From: Giardia intestinalis
Lineage: Eukaryota
Reading direction: 5' to 3' (one strand)
NCBI GenBank assembly: GCA_000002435.2
Contig: CM018792.1
DNA: 64,000 nucleotides
Part shown: positions 10,801-18,834 of the stretch, piece by piece
How positions within the stretch are numbered: position 1 is the first letter of the stretch
Layout: every line of letters starts with the position of its first letter
Notes under the pieces: generated by a model
Told to the model about the DNA's origin: nothing
The model's input: the letters and a program-made list of their open reading frames with translations, nothing else
Databases searched by the model: none
Translations under genes and position numbers: made by a program

Positions 10801-11649
10801 GATGCTGAGTGGTGTTGACATTGAAGCTTTGCAGAGCTCATCCAGTAGAGCAAGTTCTAGGCAGGTGTGAGTGAGGACCAAGCCAGTCCCGGTAGCTGCC
10901 CGATGAAATTCGTGGAGGACATCGAAAAGTAGTTGAACGTCTGAACCACTGGCTAGCTCACGACCTTTGAAAAGTAAATCAATGTTAAAAGTAGGGAGAA
11001 GGCCAAAGACTCTCATACACTTCTCCCAATTAACATATCTTTCTGTGCTATTACGAGGGTTGTGATTAATTACTTCCAAGTACAACTCACTCTTTGTGGT
11101 CGTTATGTGGTCGAAGTGCTTGAGAGCCAGCGCAAAAGGAACTCCGGACGACAATGCAGGGGCAATCTCTTCCTTTGTCACTAGCTCATAAAAGGAGAAG
11201 TGCCCTGTTTGCTTGTTTGCGTCTGACAACACCCCGTTGGTACCTGCACGCAAGTGATGTCGCGCGTCGTCTCCCCCCATGATTTCCAGCCAGATCAGAT
11301 CAATTATCTCAGTGTCTGCAAGAGACCTTGACGGTAACCGAGTGTCTGTTGTATTCTTTATATGCGAGATAGCCTGCTTTGCCTTTGCAAGGGATAGCTG
11401 AATCAGACCCTCTTCCGGGGCACGCCGCTTTGCCGAAGCTCCACGCAAATTGCTGGAAGGATGCACTTTGCTCTCTCCTAGGTCAGCAAGGGTTATAGTA
11501 GACCCAAGCGAAAAAGTAGCCAACTGTTTTGTGTCGCAGATTTGTCGAATAGCTTTCAACGCCTGAGGTTTGAAATCGTCCACGTTTGGAAAGAAAAGTA
11601 GCGGATCATCCTGCCATGGTTCGCGCCGCTCTGAGTAAACCTTACTCAT
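7891..11649 (-). CDS. Large hypothetical protein (1252 aa), no recognisable domain
   Basis: Long uninterrupted ORF. It is convergent with the upstream NEK-like gene (14-bp gap) and divergent from the GTPase gene (72-bp A/T-rich spacer). Confidence 0.65.
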   Translation of the reverse strand: MSKVYSERREPWQDDPLLFFPNVDDFKPQALKAIRQICDTKQLATFSLGSTITLADLGESKVHPSSNLRGASAKRRAPEEGLIQLSLAKAKQAISHIKNTTDTRLPSRSLADTEIIDLIWLEIMGGDDARHHLRAGTNGVLSDANKQTGHFSFYELVTKEEIAPALSSGVPFALALKHFDHITTTKSELYLEVINHNPRNSTERYVNWEKCMRVFGLLPTFNIDLLFKGRELASGSDVQLLFDVLHEFHRAATGTGLVLTHTCLELALLDELCKASMSTPLSIKQLNNLYANSRSMACANLPQKAVLVSTRNVTPTAQSTPSQPNTRSQSFCNPVCRGSVTMDDVKSMLTPSTPSKKDYHKDNLALINDLSKRNREQKEMDRESLLRRVSNTAYSSILSAPGTPRSDRSLSARTPSTKRPTSTPNRSKTLSETAIRTVLKRLQPDDLPPTVRNKLSLDALRRLERSGVITYENLLEAFNANKHQLHSFLTAFTDATSFSIDSLARDSIGSADTSFTVGCLGQTLAFGTTASVSTSRGVVTQADLVLFSKQYRKILFDVLSFDSSGLGFSSQDIEAKMKAHASFLESAAKDKESRLLNEQVKQLQSILQLSASVASTYNITRQNLLLKATFIIENWLRGSGCIPPSEVSVESPIYDPYRNGIAVIQIFNLVYHKSDFFREMRMRLSLTDDLYACYSTVGRVTRQTEKSSDAVRPRSNSLRASISSESARGIGTQDIATGDYGLQLAQTKDQGLLFPRHQAPINISDCIHNNNTLLRKLAATESVPSGLLPTADALVQGDFSSLQFLLLLLYLFDALRQIFESRREVAKRSTNGLSIDDLCLQEFSALLSEIVDLYGPKTDQLLQAQRGPKPIPRTKDELSRINGICYSVLLCPNRARKLFSSLSGVQPIQIPQALAPSKRASSISSLQKSMSMATTSNTPQSTNLANVGEDEKEIISYFSALEAAHMTDYTKQAEQYKKLENALSNWLYSLDCLPEPYMKIVDIAYFLRDGVGLCKIVSEIFKLTLTPIDPCPKSANIQLGNIKRALKFARDSYQYRSVPIPFIDAFEETAVSIQRAEVGAVLILMRELYRVFSILRRETSIGGRAMASIGVSSTGVAYKLKASRRSPSLSASLSASPGSFQRSLCTREAEPSNSKILQLVYAIDNIETYADSTPLESDKSVYISDCLVRAPEEMHAWKLPSVAYPLVSMQPTMVCLPYSVKGEDFVSLPQNLTENVEPDEEVPIVVTAALDK

Positions 11650-11721
11650 TTTCCAGACCTTAAGTCTTAAAGGAAAAATTTTAGGGCAGCAGTTTTTGAA
11701 GGATCAATTAATTATTATATC

Positions 11722-13350
11722 TTGATGCCAAGCAAACGCAAGGAGATGAGCCACAGGCTTACCCTCAGGGAAAAACACCACCGGCTTAAGAAGGCGAAGG
11801 AGAGGGCGGAGCGAGCAAGGAAGAAGGAGCGGGAAATGGCCCGGAGCAACCGAACCAAACGTGATCCCGGAATTCCTAATCTCTATCCATTCAAGAAGCA
11901 GATGCTTGAGGCTATCCTTGGCAGTGACCAACATATACCGACCAAGGAAGAACTGGATGCCCGAATGCGCCAACAGGCCGCTGCCTACGTGTCTGCTCAG
12001 CAACTCCAGCAAGATCTCGCCAGTGCACCGTCTGGGATCTCCAATGCATATGCAAGCCTTTACGATGCAACGCGCGACGCTACTGATCTCAGTGAGAAGT
12101 CTATTCGACGGGGTGCATTTAAGCAAGAACTTCAGCAAGTAATCGAACAAGCAGACGTTATAATGGAGGTCATTGACGCCAGAGACCCCAAAGGCACACG
12201 CTGTCCGGAGATAGAGGACATCTGTGCTGAGAAGCGGAAGCCATTCGTGCTTGTCATGAATAAAGTGGATCTAGTCCCTCAACAAGTGGCTCGTGCGTGG
12301 TTAGCTTACTTTAAAAACCACGCCGTCCCATGCATTGCATTCAAGAGTTCAACACACGTTCATAAAGGTCATGAGGTTAACTTGTCTAAGTTCGTTGATG
12401 GAGAGACAGGCAACAAGCACGCTGAGGATCGTCTTAGCCGAGCGCTCCATGATCCCCGAGCCATCATCGGTGCTAGCGAGCTTAAACACCTACTTCATAA
12501 GATCGATGCCCGGAAGGCGGCTGCTAGCACTCCTGAGGCTAAAGATGCCGCGATGCGAACTAAGATTGTTGCTGCTGTAGTAGGCATTCCAAACGTAGGA
12601 AAGTCGTCTATTATTAACTCCTTGTCATCTCGGAACGCCGTCGGAGTGGCCCCAATTCCTGGATACACAAAGAAGATTTCGGAAATACACATAGACCTAA
12701 GGCTGCGGATTCTCGACTCGCCCGGTGTTGTTCTTAATGAGGGAAGGAGTGTTATTTTACGTGAGGAGAAGCTTGTAGATCCCATAGGAGAGTGCACCAG
12801 GATGCTCAGCATGATGAAGGATTATGCTGCAGTGTTTCGGGCCTTTAATGTGTTTGACGACGTTCTCAAGCGTGCCGAGTCGAGCGCTCCCGTTGCTGAT
12901 TGTCTCAGAAGGGCAGACGAACTTCTCTCACAACCAGTAAGTGATGAGATAGCATTTGGTGACAACCAGGGCCTCTCTGCAAGGGAGCGCCTACTTGCTG
13001 AGCTTACTCGAGAGCTCCTGGTTTGTGTTGCGCGTAAGAAAGGTAAGCTTCTGCCTGGTGGCATCCCTGACTTGGACTGGGCTGCGCGGAATTGTATTCG
13101 TGACTGGAACAGGGGCACAGTTCCATTTTACAAGGCACCGCCCACCCAGGACGAGCTTGCTAAAGAAGAGGCTCTCCGCTCCGAGCGGCAAGCTGGTATC
13201 CAGCGTATGAATGAGCTGGGTGTTGGGGAGGGAAATCGCATCTTGACAGAACTAGCACCTGAGCTCGACATCGACGCCCTTTTTGCGTTGAGCACGGGCA
13301 TTGTTGGGACCGCTGAGGAAGACCTTGGAAACTATGCCGTTTTACGGTAG
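11722..13350 (+). CDS. Nucleolar circularly permuted GTPase of the GNL3/nucleostemin (Nug1/YlqF) family
   Basis: Basic K/R-rich N-terminus. G4 precedes G1: ...DARDPKGTRCPEIED...LVMNKVDLVP, then VVGIPNVGKSSIINSL, then DSPGVV. This is the same order and wording as human GNL3 (DARDPLGCRCPQVEE...LNKSDLVP). Confidence 0.75.
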   Translation: MMPSKRKEMSHRLTLREKHHRLKKAKERAERARKKEREMARSNRTKRDPGIPNLYPFKKQMLEAILGSDQHIPTKEELDARMRQQAAAYVSAQQLQQDLASAPSGISNAYASLYDATRDATDLSEKSIRRGAFKQELQQVIEQADVIMEVIDARDPKGTRCPEIEDICAEKRKPFVLVMNKVDLVPQQVARAWLAYFKNHAVPCIAFKSSTHVHKGHEVNLSKFVDGETGNKHAEDRLSRALHDPRAIIGASELKHLLHKIDARKAAASTPEAKDAAMRTKIVAAVVGIPNVGKSSIINSLSSRNAVGVAPIPGYTKKISEIHIDLRLRILDSPGVVLNEGRSVILREEKLVDPIGECTRMLSMMKDYAAVFRAFNVFDDVLKRAESSAPVADCLRRADELLSQPVSDEIAFGDNQGLSARERLLAELTRELLVCVARKKGKLLPGGIPDLDWAARNCIRDWNRGTVPFYKAPPTQDELAKEEALRSERQAGIQRMNELGVGEGNRILTELAPELDIDALFALSTGIVGTAEEDLGNYAVLR

Positions 13351-13368
13351 TCTATTCACTGAGGTAAA

Positions 13369-14733
13369 TTAGTAGCTCAGAAACTGTGCAAACCAATGGA
13401 TTAGTACGAGACTAGCCGCATCCTTCCCGTTTGCTCCAATGATCCCCAGGTGCTCTCCCTGGCGGTACTGTATCGCGACAATCTGGTTCCTGGCACTGGA
13501 TCGTGTGAATAGGTTTGCTTTCCCTTGATAACTGTCTGTCATGTGTGCAAGGATCGGCAGCAATGGCCCCGTGACTGTGTCATCGTAGGCACCCAAGAAA
13601 AGGATGGGCGTGGTTCGACTTAGAATCGCAACGGCCTCCAAGCAAACAGCAGAAGGGAAGATAAGATCGTAGTAGTCGTCAAGAGACTGGGATGGGACAA
13701 CTAACCGTGCAAATACCTCTCGATCAAAATCCTGCATGGTCCGAAGTGCCTGGTTCTGAAGGATCGAGTCAAAATCTATCTCTCTGCCTGTCCTTTGTGC
13801 ATACACCTCCAGGGCGTCCTTGTTTTTTGCAATATACTCACGCTGGTAGGACCCGATGGAGATATGTGTCTTCAGATTTTTAAGATAAGCCTGCCGTTTA
13901 TCTAGATTTGCAAACAAAATAGCCACGCTCGTTATAGCCTTGTAAATCTTAGTTACTAACTTTTTATCCTTTGAAGCCATCTGGACCAGATTAAGTCTTG
14001 TGAAATACTGTTCGTAGAGAGTAGAGGCATCATGATCCACTCCCTCCTGAGAGCCGCTCACCAGACCTGCTTTAAGAACCAGGTCGCCAATAAAGTGGCA
14101 AATCCTCATGCCCCCCAAGGAAAATCCCACCAGGTGAATTGGTAGATCTGAGTTTTGCGAGAGGTCATAGACCGCCTCGTAAATGTCCTGGATGTTTAGA
14201 TACTCGTCCAGGTACTGTTCCTGTGCGTCGCTGTCCAAAATGGTTCCACCGTATCCTCGAGAAATCAAGACGTAGCAGTTGTGTCCTTCTGCTGTTGCGG
14301 CCGAGACAAGCCTCTTGACACAGGGCGCACGTGCAGACGCAGCCATGGGTGTACATATCAATATATTGGATTGCGCATCAGGTACGAGAACCTGATCCAT
14401 TGAAACGCTTCCCAGACCATCGAAAAGCTGTGGCGGAAGGCTCCGACGCTGATACTTAACGTCAGGAACACCAAGAGTGTAGGATAGAACAGCGTAGTCC
14501 GCTGGGCCTCTGGCCGTTGGCGGAATTGTCAGGCGAATGCGCTGCACAGCCCTCACAAACGGCTGCTGCTTTCTGCTGGACCACTCTATGAATCGGATTG
14601 TATATCTGCGAGTAAAGTGTGTTGTATAGAAATAGAGAGAGCACAGGGCTAGGAACGGGAGAATATATCCAAAGATAACTGCAAACATTCCTTCATTTAA
14701 AGTAAAGAGTAGTTTATTATACTCCCCACACAT
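13369..14733 (-). CDS. Alpha/beta-hydrolase (lipase/esterase-type) membrane protein
   Basis: 454-aa ORF with the nucleophile elbow GFSLGG (GxSxG) and a hydrophobic N-terminal segment. The annotated start overlaps the stop of the upstream WD40 gene by 17 nt. An internal Met 15 codons downstream (MFAVIFGYILPFL) may be the true start. Confidence 0.6.
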   Translation of the reverse strand: MCGEYNKLLFTLNEGMFAVIFGYILPFLALCSLYFYTTHFTRRYTIRFIEWSSRKQQPFVRAVQRIRLTIPPTARGPADYAVLSYTLGVPDVKYQRRSLPPQLFDGLGSVSMDQVLVPDAQSNILICTPMAASARAPCVKRLVSAATAEGHNCYVLISRGYGGTILDSDAQEQYLDEYLNIQDIYEAVYDLSQNSDLPIHLVGFSLGGMRICHFIGDLVLKAGLVSGSQEGVDHDASTLYEQYFTRLNLVQMASKDKKLVTKIYKAITSVAILFANLDKRQAYLKNLKTHISIGSYQREYIAKNKDALEVYAQRTGREIDFDSILQNQALRTMQDFDREVFARLVVPSQSLDDYYDLIFPSAVCLEAVAILSRTTPILFLGAYDDTVTGPLLPILAHMTDSYQGKANLFTRSSARNQIVAIQYRQGEHLGIIGANGKDAASLVLIHWFAQFLSY

Positions 14734-16870
14734 TGACCTCGCCAGAGTCGTTACCTGTTACGCAGACTGCGCTATTGCGGGAGAACTGAATGGACTCTAC
14801 AACTCCATTTGTTTTGACTGTAGTATGCACCTTTCCCTTAGTTACTCCGAGAATTCGTAGGACCGAGTCTGAACACGCGGCGATAACGCCATCGCTGCTC
14901 CTGTCAAAACAAAGAGCAGTTACTCCCGCTTTCTGGCCCAGGTCCAGCTGTACAAGTGGTTGCATCGCACGCATGTCATATACAACTACGTGGCCGTCCA
15001 CGTCTCCCATTGCAATTTTACCAGAGTCCAAAGACCAGCATGATTTGCATGCGTTTGTGATATTGAAGCTATAGCTACGCACACATGTAAGTGTACGCGG
15101 GTCCCACACCTTAATCTTCTTGTCAATAGAACTAGAGAGCACTAAATTGCCAAATGGCTCGTAGCTAACAGATAGCACAGGTCCCATATGTCCACGGAGA
15201 CTTCCAATGCAGTAGCCCAACCCTGGCTTAGTTTTCTTTTGGGGCGCTTGCTGAGCACCACTTATCATACTGAAGCCTCCCGTCATACTTGTCATGTTAC
15301 CGGCTCCTAAGGTATCATCTGTGTCCTCAACGCCCACGTTTAAGATGGAGCCCTTTTCGTCAGCTAACATGCCTAGAGTGGTGGTGATGTCCCAGATCTT
15401 AATAGTGGTATCCTGTGAACACGTAACCACAGAAGTTCCCGTGCAATGCCAGCAACAATCCCATATTATACTAGAGTGTTCTGCTAATTCGAGGACCTGT
15501 TGCTGAGTGGCGATGTTCCAAAGTTTGCAGGTAGTATCCGCTGATGTTGTGGTAAGCAGTGTCTGCCCATTAATTACAGGGCAAAAGCGGGCGGATGTTA
15601 CAAAATCTGTATGGCCAGAACCGCTTAAGATTAGCTGCCCTGGAGCTGTTTGTGCGTCGTGGTTACTGAACACCTTCCAGCTTCCATCGATACTACTAGT
15701 TGCCATGACCTGCCTATTCTGATGAAAGTCCACGGATGAGACAGTGCTTTCGTGAGCGTTGATGGTTAGGATTGTATTTAGAGTTAGTCTAGAGTCAGCA
15801 ACGGTTTCAAAGTCTGATAACTCTAGCTTGTTCTGAATGAGCGGGTTCAATCTAGCTAGCTGAGCGTCACTCGGAAATGCTTTGGACTTGATAGTTTTTA
15901 TCAAACTGGCATCCATCTTAGAACTTGATTGACCAGTCAACTTCGTGAAATGACCTGGATTGCTTAAATCCTGATATGTCCCCTTGGTTTTCGGCACTGG
16001 TTGCGTCTTAATGATGGACTGGACTTCTACCTTTTTGCCGTCTGCTCCAATAATCTTCCCAAATTTCAATCCACTCTGAACCTTTGTGAACACACGAATC
16101 AGTTCGTCCACATCATAGGCGCTATCCCCACGCATAGCATTAATTGTTTCCTCCAGTGCATTGACTCTAGATTCAAGTTTATCGCGTTGAAGAGCAACCA
16201 TCTGCTTTGCCCGATGTATGGAGTCGTGCCTCTCAGTAAGGTCACGGATGAGAGGCTCATAAAGGGCACAATGGTCCCGCAAGCGCCGTAGATCATTGAG
16301 GAGAACCATTTTCTCTTGGTAGGCACGCCTGTGTTTTGATTTGTGGAAATCTCTGTCCTTTCGAAGGAGCTCGTATTGATCCCGCGCCTTCTCGGCGCTG
16401 TTTTTCAAGTGCGCGTTGATTTGTTCTAGATCAGAGATTTTCTTGTGTAAGTTTCTGTTTTCGACAAGAGCGTCTGGAATAGATGCCACAAACTGGGATG
16501 TGGCAGGAAGATTCCCTTGAGCATTAACCTCGAGCCACTCACTCTGAAAGCATTCAAGGGTCTTCACCAGTGAGGCTTGCGCCAAAAAATTACGGACATA
16601 GTCTTCAATGCTGGATGTGTTCAAGTCTGCCTTAGGTAACACAGTATCTACGTGCCCAGGTCTGCTCTTCTCCAGTTCACGGACACGCTTTTTCGTGACT
16701 TCTAAGCTAATGGTGTCAAAGTCCTCGTCGACACCAAAATCCAAAGAGTCTGGTAGAGCCTCCTGGCCCCGCAGCTCTTCTGGCATGGGGATATCATCAG
16801 CATCGTAATTAGTCCCTAGAATCCGCGCTATTTCTGGAGGAAGCTCGTAGCGCTGAGAGACATCCATCAC
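14717..16870 (-). CDS. PF20: PF20/SPAG16 orthologue (flagellar central-pair WD40 protein): N-terminal coiled coil plus C-terminal WD40 repeats
   Basis: 717-aa ORF. TLECFQSEWLEV and KARDQYELLRKDRDFHKSKHRRAYQEKMVLLNDLRRLRDHCALYEPLIRDLTERH closely parallel human SPAG16 (TLDCFQSEWYEL; KAREDLLKIQKERDFHRMHHKRIVQEKNKLINDLKGLKLHYASYEPTIRVLHEKH). WD repeats in the C-terminal half include LWNI, IKIWDI and IKVWDP. Confidence 0.8.
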   Translation of the reverse strand: MMDVSQRYELPPEIARILGTNYDADDIPMPEELRGQEALPDSLDFGVDEDFDTISLEVTKKRVRELEKSRPGHVDTVLPKADLNTSSIEDYVRNFLAQASLVKTLECFQSEWLEVNAQGNLPATSQFVASIPDALVENRNLHKKISDLEQINAHLKNSAEKARDQYELLRKDRDFHKSKHRRAYQEKMVLLNDLRRLRDHCALYEPLIRDLTERHDSIHRAKQMVALQRDKLESRVNALEETINAMRGDSAYDVDELIRVFTKVQSGLKFGKIIGADGKKVEVQSIIKTQPVPKTKGTYQDLSNPGHFTKLTGQSSSKMDASLIKTIKSKAFPSDAQLARLNPLIQNKLELSDFETVADSRLTLNTILTINAHESTVSSVDFHQNRQVMATSSIDGSWKVFSNHDAQTAPGQLILSGSGHTDFVTSARFCPVINGQTLLTTTSADTTCKLWNIATQQQVLELAEHSSIIWDCCWHCTGTSVVTCSQDTTIKIWDITTTLGMLADEKGSILNVGVEDTDDTLGAGNMTSMTGGFSMISGAQQAPQKKTKPGLGYCIGSLRGHMGPVLSVSYEPFGNLVLSSSIDKKIKVWDPRTLTCVRSYSFNITNACKSCWSLDSGKIAMGDVDGHVVVYDMRAMQPLVQLDLGQKAGVTALCFDRSSDGVIAACSDSVLRILGVTKGKVHTTVKTNGVVESIQFSRNSAVCVTGNDSGEVNVWGV

Positions 16871-16998
16871 TTCACAATAATTTTAAGTTTTTCAGCTGTG
16901 AGGGCTACTGAGACGCTATGCGAGTACTCGTGTTGAACAACTGCGTTAATTAGGAATAGTTGTAGGCTACGCACAACGAGATCTGCAGCCATGTATGG

Positions 16999-18138
16999 TT
17001 GACTCGTTACCTATCCCAAGTTTTAAAAACCTTATCCGTGCAATCTTTAGTCTTTGGCCTCAACATGGCTGCCCCAAATGAGATAGATGTACTGAGACGC
17101 GAGGTAGCACGCTTGCTCCACGAGAAAATTAACGCTTACATGGAGCCAGTTCATTTGGACAAGTATACACTGGGGACTGATCTTGCAACCATTGAAGATA
17201 TGTATACGGCAATATCGTGCCTGCGTCGTCATGTACTCGAGGTAGATGCCCGCACCAATGAAAGGATAGAAGAGAATGCACAACAACTAGCTGCAGACTA
17301 TCGGTTATTCAATGAGCTGGCATCTCGGGCCAAGGATACCATTTCTGCCCTTACTGCCCAAAAGGAAGAAGTGGACGCACGCGAGGCTACACTGTGCACA
17401 TTAGAAAGCACTCTCCTGAGCCGGCTTCTATCTACTGAGGCGTACCTGACCGCTAGAGCAAAGGTGGCCGAAGCACTCGAAAGCGCCTATAAAGAGCAAT
17501 TTACCGGAGTAATAGAAATGTATGCAACTCTCTTGGGATCCTTTCGTGCTGCAGAGAAGAAGTTAGAGCGTCTCTCCTATGAAAATGCGCTGCTGCGTTG
17601 CGATAACCGGAATCTTATGAATGAGGTTGCCATGCTACACACGGATCGTGATGCAGCGCAAGAAAAGGCCGCGAACACAATGACTATGTATAGCGAGCTA
17701 GGAGGGCGGCTATCTACGCTGTTAAATCAGTGGTCGAATTATCGCACACAGGATGGCTTTAGTGTTCCAGACACGGCTGCGAAGTTACAAAGCATAAACA
17801 GCAATGTTGAAGAGCTGCGAAGAGAGGTCGCTATTGTAGTGTCAGATATGCAACGCACCATTACAGATCAGGAGGCAATTATTGCCGCTCTGACAAAAGA
17901 GCTGGACGAATTGCAGAACAAAGGGCTGGAAGCGAAGATAGAGACTACTAAGCTAAACTTCTTAGAGACAGAGAACAGCAGACTAATGAAAGAGCTAGCG
18001 TCTGCAAGGTGTTCCTCAATGGACTCTGGATCCTCCCATATGCATTTGAGCGTCGCCAATGCATCAACTCAGACCACAGAGCAATCAAGAGCACAGCACA
18101 CAGATGACAATTGTGGTGCTGTCGATGTTGTCTCATGA
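16999..18138 (+). CDS. Coiled-coil protein (379 aa), function unknown
   Basis: Heptad-rich, charged ORF. It is divergent from PF20 across a 128-bp spacer. Its stop abuts the stop of the convergent gene on the opposite strand (TCATGA). Confidence 0.55.
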   Translation: MTRYLSQVLKTLSVQSLVFGLNMAAPNEIDVLRREVARLLHEKINAYMEPVHLDKYTLGTDLATIEDMYTAISCLRRHVLEVDARTNERIEENAQQLAADYRLFNELASRAKDTISALTAQKEEVDAREATLCTLESTLLSRLLSTEAYLTARAKVAEALESAYKEQFTGVIEMYATLLGSFRAAEKKLERLSYENALLRCDNRNLMNEVAMLHTDRDAAQEKAANTMTMYSELGGRLSTLLNQWSNYRTQDGFSVPDTAAKLQSINSNVEELRREVAIVVSDMQRTITDQEAIIAALTKELDELQNKGLEAKIETTKLNFLETENSRLMKELASARCSSMDSGSSHMHLSVANASTQTTEQSRAQHTDDNCGAVDVVS

Positions 18139-18834
18139 GTATTTGACACCATCATGAATATAGGCAATGTATGGAGCCGGCCACGCTGTCGCGCAAACAA
18201 GACAAGATAAATTATCGTCATGAGAAAGTAGTTGACGCACGCAGTCAAAGTGTGCACACGCTCCGCAAGGGCAGACGACTCCAAAGCCGACGTTGGTATT
18301 ACAATATATGCAATTACACCTTAAGGGTTGTCTGTCCAATATATAGTCTTGCATTTCTAACAAGAATCTAAGAGTAGGAAAACAGTGTGGGTGTCTGAGT
18401 CTATCCAGTATTTCGTGGTTTGGTAACACAATATTATTCTCTCCAGTAAACGACGCATTCAGAAAATGCGATTGCGTCAATTCGAGAACTGCGTTCGTTA
18501 TCTCAGGAGTGATGATAAGCAGGGCGGATGGTAATGAGTCAAGAAGTTTATCGACCAATGCTTTGACATCGGCTTTTATGCACAGCCATGAAAGCTTTCG
18601 AATATCCGAAGACAGTAGTATATTATTGGAGCTACCATCCATATTGATAGGATATTTTCGTTGCTGAATAAGCACAACTAAGCGCTGCTCGGGACCAAGA
18701 TGGCTGGGGGGCTCACTGACCACTTTGGCTACATATCCCATTAATTGAAGTGCCTTATTTGCTTCTTCCACATCACTTTCGGTGTAGTTATCCATGTTAA
18801 GAGAGCCTAGCTCTAAAAGATAACGGGCTAACAT
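18133..18834 (-). CDS. Small Cys-rich (zinc-finger-like) protein, 233 aa
   Basis: C-terminal cluster CNCIYC...CPCGACAHFDC...CLVC (Cys/His ligand pattern). Its ATG is immediately 3' of the TAA of the 1228-aa gene (TAAATG on the minus strand), exactly at the outer palindrome junction. Confidence 0.5.
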   Translation of the reverse strand: MLARYLLELGSLNMDNYTESDVEEANKALQLMGYVAKVVSEPPSHLGPEQRLVVLIQQRKYPINMDGSSNNILLSSDIRKLSWLCIKADVKALVDKLLDSLPSALLIITPEITNAVLELTQSHFLNASFTGENNIVLPNHEILDRLRHPHCFPTLRFLLEMQDYILDRQPLRCNCIYCNTNVGFGVVCPCGACAHFDCVRQLLSHDDNLSCLVCATAWPAPYIAYIHDGVKYS